Shown here one piece after another: positions 29,609-37,529 of a stretch of DNA of 46,270 nucleotides (position 1 is the stretch's first letter; each line of letters starts with the position of its first letter). Position numbers and translations under genes: made by a program. The DNA lies in sequence record DRR378314_1470; one strand, written 5' to 3'. The notes under the pieces were generated by a model that saw only the letters and a program-made list of their open reading frames with translations, did no database searches and was not told the DNA's origin.

Positions 29609-30820
29609 ATGGGAAAAACACTGGTTGTCGGCGCAGGTGGCGTATCCCACGCCGCTGTGCACAAGATGGCGATGAATTCGGACATCTTCACCGAAATCAC
29701 TCTGGCCAGTCGCACCAAATCGAAATGCGACACCATCGCCAAAGCGGTGAAGGAACGCGTGGGTGTTGATATCGCAACCGCTGAGCTAGACGCTTACAAG
29801 GTCGAAGACACGGTCAAACTGATCAAGGACACCGGCGCCGAGCTGCTCGTGAACCTTGCCCTGCCCTATCAGGATCTGGTGCTGATGGATGCCTGTCTTG
29901 AGGCTGGCATCCACTACCTCGACACCGCGAACTATGAGCCCGAGGATGAAGCCAAGTTTGAATACCATTGGCAGTGGGCCTATCAAGAGCGGTTCAAACA
30001 GGCCGGTCTGACCGCCATCCTCGGCTCGGGCTTCGATCCGGGCGTCACGTCCGTCTTCGCCACCTGGCTGAAGAAACACAAACTGGACACCATCCGCCAG
30101 ATCGACGTGCTGGATGCCAATGGCGGCTCAAACGATCAGGAATTTGCCACCAACTTCAACCCCGAGATCAACCTGCGCGAAGTGCTGGCAGAGGTCCGCC
30201 ACTGGGAAAACGGCGCGTGGCATACCAGTCCAGCGATGACCACAAAGGTCGAATACGACTTCCCCGCCATCGGCCAGAAGAACATGTATCTGATGTATCA
30301 TGAGGAGCTGGAATCGCTGTCGACCCACTTCCCCGAGATCGAGCGCGCCCGCTTCTGGATGACGTTCGGAGATGCCTATATCACCCATGCCAAAGTGCTG
30401 GAAAATGTCGGCATGACGCGCATCGACCCGGTGATGCATGACGGCCAGGAAATCATCCCGATCCAGTTCCTGAAAACCCTGCTGCCCGATCCCGGCGATC
30501 TGGGTGCGGAAACCAAGGGTAAGGCCTGCATCGGCGACATCGCCACAGGTCAGGCCAAAGACGGCTCGGGCGAGAAGACTTATTACATCTACAACATCTG
30601 CGACCACGAAGAATGCTACGCCGAGGTCGGATCACAGGCCGTCAGCTATACAACCGGCGTTCCGGCAATGATCGGTGCAGCCCAAGTGCTGAAGGGCAAC
30701 TGGACCAAGCCGGGTGTATGGAACATGGAACAGCTCGACCCGGACAACTTCATGGACATGCTCAACGAACACGGCCTTCCGTGGCAGGTCCACGAACTCG
30801 ACGGCCCCGTCGAATTCTGA
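29609..30820 (+). CDS. Carboxy(nor)spermidine dehydrogenase (saccharopine dehydrogenase family)
   Basis: GAGGV, NLALPYQDL..MDAC, YLDTANYEP, GSGFDPG, FATNFNPEINLRE, HEELESL, SYTTGVPAMIG. Confidence 0.9.
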   Translation: MGKTLVVGAGGVSHAAVHKMAMNSDIFTEITLASRTKSKCDTIAKAVKERVGVDIATAELDAYKVEDTVKLIKDTGAELLVNLALPYQDLVLMDACLEAGIHYLDTANYEPEDEAKFEYHWQWAYQERFKQAGLTAILGSGFDPGVTSVFATWLKKHKLDTIRQIDVLDANGGSNDQEFATNFNPEINLREVLAEVRHWENGAWHTSPAMTTKVEYDFPAIGQKNMYLMYHEELESLSTHFPEIERARFWMTFGDAYITHAKVLENVGMTRIDPVMHDGQEIIPIQFLKTLLPDPGDLGAETKGKACIGDIATGQAKDGSGEKTYYIYNICDHEECYAEVGSQAVSYTTGVPAMIGAAQVLKGNWTKPGVWNMEQLDPDNFMDMLNEHGLPWQVHELDGPVEF

Positions 30821-30830
30821 TCTGCTTCAG

Positions 30831-30878
30831 CTTCATCTGGCTAAAAATATCTCGGGGGTCCGGGGGCAGAGCCCCCGG
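30831..30878. repeat. Short intergenic REP-like element of a type I recall from Rhodobacteraceae
   Basis: CTTCATCTGGCTAAAAATATCTCGGGGGT followed by hairpin CCGGGGGC-AGA-GCCCCCGG; single copy in this window. Confidence 0.5.
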
Positions 30879-30904
30879 CCTCGCCCACTAAGGAGACGCC
30901 GGAC

Positions 30905-32074
30905 ATGTCCGACATGATGACCACACAGGCAGGCGACGCCGGGGCCTTCCGCGATTTTGATCTAAGTCGCGTGCCGTCCCCCTGCTTCGTGGTCAACGAA
31001 AAAGCGGTTGAACGGAACCTCCGCATCCTCTCCGAAATCGGTTCTCGGTCCGGCGCGCATGTCCTCAGCGCCCTCAAGGCGTTTTCCATGTTCTCGCTGG
31101 CGCCGCTGGTGCGTCAACATCTCGACGGCACTTGCGCCAGTGGCATCTACGAGGCCCGACTTGGCCGTGAGGAATATGGGGGCGAGGTCGCAACTTTCTG
31201 CGCCGGGTACAAAGACGCTGATATTGACGAAATCCTGTCGCTGTCCGACCACATCATCTTTAATTCATCGGCTCAAAAGGACCGGTTCGTCGAAAAGGCC
31301 CAAGCCGCAGGCGTTCAAGTTGGTCTGCGCATCAACCCGGAACATTCCGAAGGCGAGGTTCCCAAATATGACCCCTGTGCGCCGTGTTCACGTTTGGGAA
31401 CGCCTGTCAGCCAATTGACCCCCGACGCTCTGACCGGCGTGGATGGCCTGCATATGCACACCCTCTGCGAACAGGGGTTCGAGCCCTTGCAGCGCACATG
31501 GGCCGCTGTCGAACCAAAGCTCAGGCCATTCCTTGGTCAGATCAAATGGCTGAATTTCGGCGGTGGCCATCACATAACCCGCGACAACTATGACCGCGAT
31601 GGGCTGGTAGCCTTCATCAAGACCATCCGCGCCGAACACAATATCGACGTTTACCTTGAACCCGGAGAGGCCGTCGCACTGGATGCAGGTATTCTGGTCG
31701 GAGAAATCCTGGACCTGCCAACCAATGGCATGAACCTTGCGATCACCGACATCTCGGCCACCTGCCATATGCCCGACGTGATCGAAGCCCCTTATCGCCC
31801 TGCCCTGATGAATGAGACCGAAGCGGGCCACACGTACCGGCTGGGCGGTCCCTCCTGTTTGGCAGGCGATGTGATCGGGGATTACACTTGGGATATACCG
31901 CTGGAAATTGGCCAACGCTTTGCCTTTCTGGATCAGGCCCATTACTCGATGGTCAAAACCAATACTTTCAACGGTGTTCCCCTGCCGACCATCGCGCTGT
32001 GGAATAGCGAAACGGACGCGCTGAAGATCATCAAGCAGTTCAACTACGACGACTTCAAAGAGAGACTCTCATGA
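30905..32074 (+). CDS. nspC: Carboxy(nor)spermidine decarboxylase
   Basis: PSPCFV, ALKAFS (PLP lysine), GLRINPE, YDPCAP.SRLG, GLHMHTLCE, NFGGGHHIT, EPGEA, CHMPDV, CLAGD, YSMVKTNTFNG. Confidence 0.92.
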   Translation: MSDMMTTQAGDAGAFRDFDLSRVPSPCFVVNEKAVERNLRILSEIGSRSGAHVLSALKAFSMFSLAPLVRQHLDGTCASGIYEARLGREEYGGEVATFCAGYKDADIDEILSLSDHIIFNSSAQKDRFVEKAQAAGVQVGLRINPEHSEGEVPKYDPCAPCSRLGTPVSQLTPDALTGVDGLHMHTLCEQGFEPLQRTWAAVEPKLRPFLGQIKWLNFGGGHHITRDNYDRDGLVAFIKTIRAEHNIDVYLEPGEAVALDAGILVGEILDLPTNGMNLAITDISATCHMPDVIEAPYRPALMNETEAGHTYRLGGPSCLAGDVIGDYTWDIPLEIGQRFAFLDQAHYSMVKTNTFNGVPLPTIALWNSETDALKIIKQFNYDDFKERLS

Positions 32075-32913
32075 GCACTTTCCTCGACAGTGAACTTTCG
32101 GCCTCAGAACGCACTGAAGACGCCCGGTTCCACGTGATACCTGTGCCGCTTGAGCGCACGGTCTCCTACGGGTCTGGTACTGCTAAGGGCCCCGACGCCA
32201 TCATAGAGGCCAGCAACGAACTGGAACGCATCACTGGCCACGCCGAACCCTGCGTCGAGGGCATTTTCACCGAAGCGCCCGTCGATTGCGATGCCTCTCT
32301 GTCTGAGATCATGGAGCGCATCGCCCAGCGCACCGAGGCCGCCACCCGCGCGGGCAAAGTACCGGTCACGCTGGGCGGAGAGCATTCGCTCAGCTATGGT
32401 GCTGTGATGGGTGTGGCGCGCGCGCTTAATCAGCCTATCGGCATCGTTCAGATCGACGCCCATGCCGACCTGCGCAACGCCTATCAGGGTGAGAAACACT
32501 CTCACGCGTCGGTCATGCACCTGCTGGCCGAAGAAGGTATCCGTCTGGCGCAGTTCGGTGTCCGTGCCTTTTCGACCGAAGAAGCCCAAAGCCGCCTGAA
32601 AAACCATGTCTTCCACGTGGATGCCGAAGAACTTGTGACTGGCAACATCCACTCAGTCGACCTGCCCGATGATTTCCCCGAACTCATCTATGTCAGCTTT
32701 GATGTCGACGGTCTGGACCCATCGCAGATGCCTGCAACGGGCACACCTGTTCCGGGTGGGTTGGGTTACTATCAATCACTACGCCTCGTGGAACACGCCT
32801 TGAAGGGTCGCAGGTGCGTCGGTTTCGACGTGGTGGAACTGGCCCCCGATGGCAATGCCGCCTGGGATTTCACTGCGGCGCAGATCGTCTATCGCCTTAT
32901 GGCAGCCTGTTAA
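32071..32913 (+). CDS. speB: Agmatinase-type ureohydrolase
   Basis: GGEHS, DAHADLR, SHASVM, SFDVDGLDPS..PATGTPVPGG, FDVVELAP. Confidence 0.85.
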   Translation: MSTFLDSELSASERTEDARFHVIPVPLERTVSYGSGTAKGPDAIIEASNELERITGHAEPCVEGIFTEAPVDCDASLSEIMERIAQRTEAATRAGKVPVTLGGEHSLSYGAVMGVARALNQPIGIVQIDAHADLRNAYQGEKHSHASVMHLLAEEGIRLAQFGVRAFSTEEAQSRLKNHVFHVDAEELVTGNIHSVDLPDDFPELIYVSFDVDGLDPSQMPATGTPVPGGLGYYQSLRLVEHALKGRRCVGFDVVELAPDGNAAWDFTAAQIVYRLMAAC

Positions 32914-33500
32914 TCCTTGGACGTCTCGTTCAGCTCCATGTGCCCGTCGCCCTTGTTCAACACGCGGCGCAGCATAGGCTCAAAAAACTCCAGCGGTTTG
33001 GTCGGGTAATTCGAATCAAACGCCTTTTGATCGTATTCGTGACAGAAATAACGGCAGTCCTCCCAATAGGGGCTGTCGCGATACTTGTCGCGGGCGTTTC
33101 GATCACCGCCAAGGTGGTGGTTGTAGTAATACCCCTGAAACACACAATGATGCTTGAGGATCCAATGTGTTTTCTCGCTGACATACGGCTTCATCATCGC
33201 CGCTGACAATTCTCCATGATTATAGGGCGACAGAATATCGCCGGTGTCGTGGATCAATGCAGCCACAACCAATTCTTCATCCGCACCATCTTCATAGGCC
33301 CGTGTCGCGGCCTGCAGGCTGTGCTGATAACGATTGACGGGATAGGGTGTCCATTCTTCGTCCAGGGATCGGATCGCATCCAGAATCCTGTCCGGCAAAG
33401 CGGCATTATAGGCCTCTTCATACTCCATCACGGCGTCCCAGTCCGCTTTGGTGGCTTCTTCAAAACTGGTCCAGGTAGGTTTGTGGCTTTTGTCCAACAT
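32910..33500 (-). CDS. HD-domain metalloprotein (PhnZ/TmpB-like ligand pattern)
   Basis: QHSLQAATRA, AALIHDTGD, NHGE, KHH, YDQKAFD; stop shares TTAA with the convergent speB stop; start placed at ATG 33500. Confidence 0.8.
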   Translation of the reverse strand: MLDKSHKPTWTSFEEATKADWDAVMEYEEAYNAALPDRILDAIRSLDEEWTPYPVNRYQHSLQAATRAYEDGADEELVVAALIHDTGDILSPYNHGELSAAMMKPYVSEKTHWILKHHCVFQGYYYNHHLGGDRNARDKYRDSPYWEDCRYFCHEYDQKAFDSNYPTKPLEFFEPMLRRVLNKGDGHMELNETSKD

Positions 33501-33586
33501 GGCGCGTTCCTGTGGCGGGTTACCCAATCAGGTTAGCGGGGCTGGAGAGCAACGCAAAAGGAATTCTGACCCATATGCGCCGGCAG

Positions 33587-34726
33587 TCACATGGATGGGA
33601 TCGCATCCCTCTGGCCGGCGGTTGACCGACGAAATAGCGGCCGTCCTGCAATGGTCAGAAAAAGGCCGGACAATATGACGCCCAGCATCGCCGGAAGGTA
33701 AAGCAATATCCAAAGCTGGGGGTTTCCAATCACTACAGGAGAGACAAACCCCCGCACGCCTTCCAACAACACCAGAATCGTGAAAGCTCCCAATATCTGA
33801 GGCCACAATCCAAAACGCGAAAAGCTACCAAGCATAAGCGCCGAATACCCAACCAACGCAACCGCGATACATATGGCAACCCACGAGAACCTCTGATGCA
33901 GCTCATCAACCAAATGGCCGATGCTGTGATCATCTTGAACTGCGACAGCTTCCCGGTCCCAGATCAGCTCCATCGTCGGGATCGCTTCAAGGCTACGATG
34001 ACCCATGCCAGATTCCTTCGTCAGCTCTGAGATATCGTAAGACGCATCTTCGAATAAGGTGGAAGACAACGTATTGCCTGCCTGATCATACCGCAGGGCA
34101 ATACCGTCCAACATCACCAGATGTAGGCCCGAAGCCTGATTTACCAGATAGGCCGTTGTGCTTGAGTAACTAACAGGGTTCACCGCATCGCGCTGGTCTG
34201 AGACGAAGACCTCGTGCAGCGTTCCATCCAGATCGATACGACCGATATAGACGATGACACTGTCTGCAGGGTGCAGGAATTCACCTTCGTTCAACAATTG
34301 CGCAGTAACGTCCCCGGCGACCTCATCCTGTCTTTGTTCAAGTTGATCAACCGATGCGGGGCGCAGAAATACACTGATGACAGCCATCATCAAACCAGCG
34401 CTGAGCCCGAACATCAAAACGGGACGCGCCAGTCGCCAGGGGCTGGACCCTGTTGCCAGCATTACCGTCATTTCACTTTCGCGGCTCAGCCTGTTGGTCG
34501 CGTAAACAGCCGCGGCAAAGACCGCCATGGGCATGACCGTCCGGATCAACGTCGGCAGGGTCAGCGCAGTGAATTCCAGAAACACCATCGCGGATTGTCC
34601 GCCGCTGATCACCCGGTCAAACAAGCTGACCGAGCGTGTGATCCAGAACACCCCGACCAGCACCAAGGTGAAAAAGCCAAACAGCACCAGCAATTGCCGC
34701 AGGAAATACCCATCAAAACGCGACAT
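33587..34726 (-). CDS. lptF: LPS export ABC transporter permease LptF (YjgP/YjgQ family)
   Basis: MSRFDGYFLRQLL..FGFF.LVLV, NRLSRESEMTVMLATGSSPWRLARP, GEFLHP, LGSFSRFGLWPQI. Confidence 0.82.
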   Translation of the reverse strand: MSRFDGYFLRQLLVLFGFFTLVLVGVFWITRSVSLFDRVISGGQSAMVFLEFTALTLPTLIRTVMPMAVFAAAVYATNRLSRESEMTVMLATGSSPWRLARPVLMFGLSAGLMMAVISVFLRPASVDQLEQRQDEVAGDVTAQLLNEGEFLHPADSVIVYIGRIDLDGTLHEVFVSDQRDAVNPVSYSSTTAYLVNQASGLHLVMLDGIALRYDQAGNTLSSTLFEDASYDISELTKESGMGHRSLEAIPTMELIWDREAVAVQDDHSIGHLVDELHQRFSWVAICIAVALVGYSALMLGSFSRFGLWPQILGAFTILVLLEGVRGFVSPVVIGNPQLWILLYLPAMLGVILSGLFLTIAGRPLFRRSTAGQRDAIPSM

Positions 34727-34798
34727 TCGACCTCTTATTTCTTGGCGGTTGGCGTTCCGGCGGACCTTATGCCATTCAGCGAGCCGAGGAAACCGTGA

Positions 34799-36214
34799 TT
34801 ACGACCGATCCCGTGTTGCAATCAGGATGCGATGATACCAAAGCCAGCGTAGAATACGGGCTGCGCGGTTGGTATCGAGCATATCAGACCAACGCGCACA
34901 GATGTCCAAACTCGTCGCGGGCCAGTCCAATCGACGCAACAAAGGACCCAGCGAGATCCCCTCCAGATTGGCGACTGGTCGAGGAAGGTTCGGGTGCGTG
35001 ACGACAAGACCGGGCTCGATACGAGAGGCAGCCTGCACGCCGGACCTGATCAGTTTTGCGGTCGGGGACAGGATCAAGGCCTGATCGTCGGGTAACATCT
35101 CGGGGTTCGGATCAGACTGGGACGACTGCAGCCAGTCCACCGGTTGCGCACGCTCGGCCCAAAAAGGTGAAGGATTATGGGCCTGCTGCCGTGCATAGAA
35201 ATCTGCGGCAAGCGCTGCATGGGTCTGAACACGCTCCGCCTGACGGTCGGCATAAAAAGACAAGGCCAGATCGCTATGTTCAGGTGTTTCCTGCAGCGTG
35301 TTCACCACAGCAGCGGCTTGCACAGCCTGCCCCATCGCCAGTTGCACCCCCTGCGATGACAAGGCGTCGACTGTGAAACTGGCTTCCCCCACCCGCAGAA
35401 GATCGTGCGCCGGAGGTGTTGTCTCGGCCCGGCTGGTCGCATCCGTGCGCCGCACGGGCCCGATCCGGCGCTGCTCTAGACAGGGCGACAGCAAAGGCGA
35501 TTGCGCCAGTAGGTTCAGATAAAGATCACGTCGCCCTGCAGGTGACAATCCGGTGCAGGTGTCAGGATTAACGAAAATCATCGCATTAACCACACCGCCG
35601 GGCAGAAGGGCACCCCAATACCAATGCGACGCCCCGGCCTCGACCCGCGCTTGTGGGCCAAAGCCCGGCGGCACCTGCCAATAGGCGTAAAGCGCCAGCA
35701 AGGGTTGGGAAGCTGCGCGAAACCGGCGTCCTAACCCGGCCTGCCGTCCGGCAGCATCGAGAAGGATCTGCGCCCGGATATGGAAGGCGTCCGTTTCGGT
35801 TCGGACCGGTATATTCCAACCAGATCGACCACGTATCGGGCGATATGCGCGCGCGGGCTGGACGATCTGAACACCCGCACCCTGCGCAGCCTGCAGAAGG
35901 ATCGCATCGAATTCGCCACGATCCACCAGAAGGCCGGGATTGTCACCATCAACTCCACGACGCTCAAACGCGCTGGCCCAATGTAGAATCGATCCGCTTG
36001 CACGTAGAAAGCCGGCGTGTGCGACGGGTTGATCAACCCCCAACAGCTTCAGGATCGGCCAGATCGAGGGGGGCAGAGATTCACCGACATGCTGGCGCGG
36101 AAACGGCTGGCGTTCAACCAGGCAGACACGGCGGCCCAGCTGCGCCAGTCTTAGCGCCACCGCGCTGCCTGCCGGTCCACCGCCAATCACGCAGATTTCG
36201 GCTTGTATCGTCAT
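34799..36214 (-). CDS. FAD-dependent monooxygenase, QhpG/LodB-like (putative Trp-modifying flavoprotein for CTQ biogenesis)
   Basis: Real start MTIQAEICVIGGGPAG at 36214 (the ORF-track extension overlaps the radical SAM gene); FPRQHVGESL, VDRGEFD..L, DAAGR, VGEASFTVDALSSQG, AAVVNTL...P....LA..FY..R...DFY......PFW..R. Confidence 0.78.
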   Translation of the reverse strand: MTIQAEICVIGGGPAGSAVALRLAQLGRRVCLVERQPFPRQHVGESLPPSIWPILKLLGVDQPVAHAGFLRASGSILHWASAFERRGVDGDNPGLLVDRGEFDAILLQAAQGAGVQIVQPARAYRPIRGRSGWNIPVRTETDAFHIRAQILLDAAGRQAGLGRRFRAASQPLLALYAYWQVPPGFGPQARVEAGASHWYWGALLPGGVVNAMIFVNPDTCTGLSPAGRRDLYLNLLAQSPLLSPCLEQRRIGPVRRTDATSRAETTPPAHDLLRVGEASFTVDALSSQGVQLAMGQAVQAAAVVNTLQETPEHSDLALSFYADRQAERVQTHAALAADFYARQQAHNPSPFWAERAQPVDWLQSSQSDPNPEMLPDDQALILSPTAKLIRSGVQAASRIEPGLVVTHPNLPRPVANLEGISLGPLLRRLDWPATSLDICARWSDMLDTNRAARILRWLWYHRILIATRDRS

Positions 36215-36218
36215 CGGG

Positions 36219-37529
36219 TCAGGCAGAGGCCGCCTGCGCGGACACGCCAAAATAGTCCGGGCGCGCTTCGGACAAGCGGACATAAGCCTGCAAGCAATGG
36301 TGCAACCAACCGCGAATATAATCGCAAGCGGGGCGTCCACGGTGGATGACTTCGTGATGACAACCGCCGCCACACAGATACCGAGCCCAACAGGTGTTGC
36401 AGGGGGATTGAGTGTGGACGTGTCGATCCGCCAGCCAGTTTTCGCGCCGCAGATCAGGGCCATCATAGACGTCGCCCATCGCTCCGGCCTCGTCCTCGAC
36501 AAAGCGATGGCAGGCGAACAACCCGCCATCGGCTGAAACGCCAAAATATCCACCACCTGCGCCGCAAGCATAGGGGCGGTGCGTGCCGCGGTGGATTTCC
36601 TGCATCGCCGCCGCCATATTCGAGAATGGATAGCGTCGCCCTTGGATCACCGCCGCCTCAAACACCTCACCACAACGGATCATCTGTGTCAGCATCTCGT
36701 CCAAATCGTTCCCGTCCAACTCATGCTGGCCGTTGGGCGACGCCAACATCGGTGAGAACCCGATCGAATGGAAACCCATCCCGACAAACCGATCCAGCGT
36801 TTCAGGCAGGTTCATGTTCTGCGGTGTGACCGTCACCCGGGCACCAACTTGCATGCGATGTTGTGCGGCCAGCAAAGGCTCGACCCTTTTCAGGATCGTA
36901 TCGAAACTGCCCCGCCCACCGCGATTTGGACGCAACTTATCATGCACCTCGCCCACACCATCCAGACTGATCGTGACGGCAAAGCCATGCGCTTCGAAAA
37001 AGGCAGCGTCCTCGGGGCGGAGCAAGGTGCCGTTGGTGGTGATCGAAAAGCCAACACTCAACCCGTTTGCTTGCGCCTGCTCTACTGCATAATCCGTAGT
37101 GCGCTGCACCAGATCGCGGTTAATCAAGGGTTCTCCGCCCAAATAGGCAAGGTTGATCCGTACGCCGGGCTCGGCCTCGGCCACCAGCCGATCGACCGAA
37201 GCTTTGGCGACCTCCCACTCCATATTCCTTGCAAGACCGCCAAATTCTCCGCCTGCCGCATAGCAATAGGTGCAGGCCAGATTGCATTTCTGCGCCACCG
37301 CCAACGACAGCGACCGCACCGGCATGTCCTGGGGTGGCGTATCGTCAATGAACGGCGTGCCGTCCAACCCCATCGACCTGAGGAAAGCGCTTTGGCCGGG
37401 CTGGTCCATCGACGCAAACTGATCCGCCGTTCCGCTGGGTACATCGAACACGCGCGAGCCATCAACGGCCAGCATATGGTCCCCATGCCCGCTGTCAAAA
37501 AAATGCACCTGCGCGGCGGGTGGAATCAC
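36219..37529 (-). CDS. Radical SAM/SPASM protein, QhpD/thioether-maturase-like
   Basis: CNLACTYC (CX3CX2C), GGEPL, TTNGTLL, ISLDG; SPASM CGAG...ACHRF...CNTCWARYLCGGGCHHE...C; GTGA overlap with the upstream stop. Confidence 0.88.
   Translation of the reverse strand: MIPPAAQVHFFDSGHGDHMLAVDGSRVFDVPSGTADQFASMDQPGQSAFLRSMGLDGTPFIDDTPPQDMPVRSLSLAVAQKCNLACTYCYAAGGEFGGLARNMEWEVAKASVDRLVAEAEPGVRINLAYLGGEPLINRDLVQRTTDYAVEQAQANGLSVGFSITTNGTLLRPEDAAFFEAHGFAVTISLDGVGEVHDKLRPNRGGRGSFDTILKRVEPLLAAQHRMQVGARVTVTPQNMNLPETLDRFVGMGFHSIGFSPMLASPNGQHELDGNDLDEMLTQMIRCGEVFEAAVIQGRRYPFSNMAAAMQEIHRGTHRPYACGAGGGYFGVSADGGLFACHRFVEDEAGAMGDVYDGPDLRRENWLADRHVHTQSPCNTCWARYLCGGGCHHEVIHRGRPACDYIRGWLHHCLQAYVRLSEARPDYFGVSAQAASA

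Noticed and set aside
34799-36214. Calling the flavoprotein a tryptophan halogenase
   Set aside because: The halogenase WxWxIP motif reads WYWGAL here, and both context and C-terminal motifs fit a QhpG/LodB-like role better
36215-36571. 119-aa N-terminal extension of the flavoprotein ORF
   Set aside because: It overlaps the radical SAM SPASM domain in another frame; the GxGxxG motif follows ATG 36214 directly
36219-37529. Calling the radical SAM an anaerobic sulfatase maturase or PqqE
   Set aside because: No sulfatase or pqq genes are in the window, and it is coupled to a gene with QhpC-like motifs
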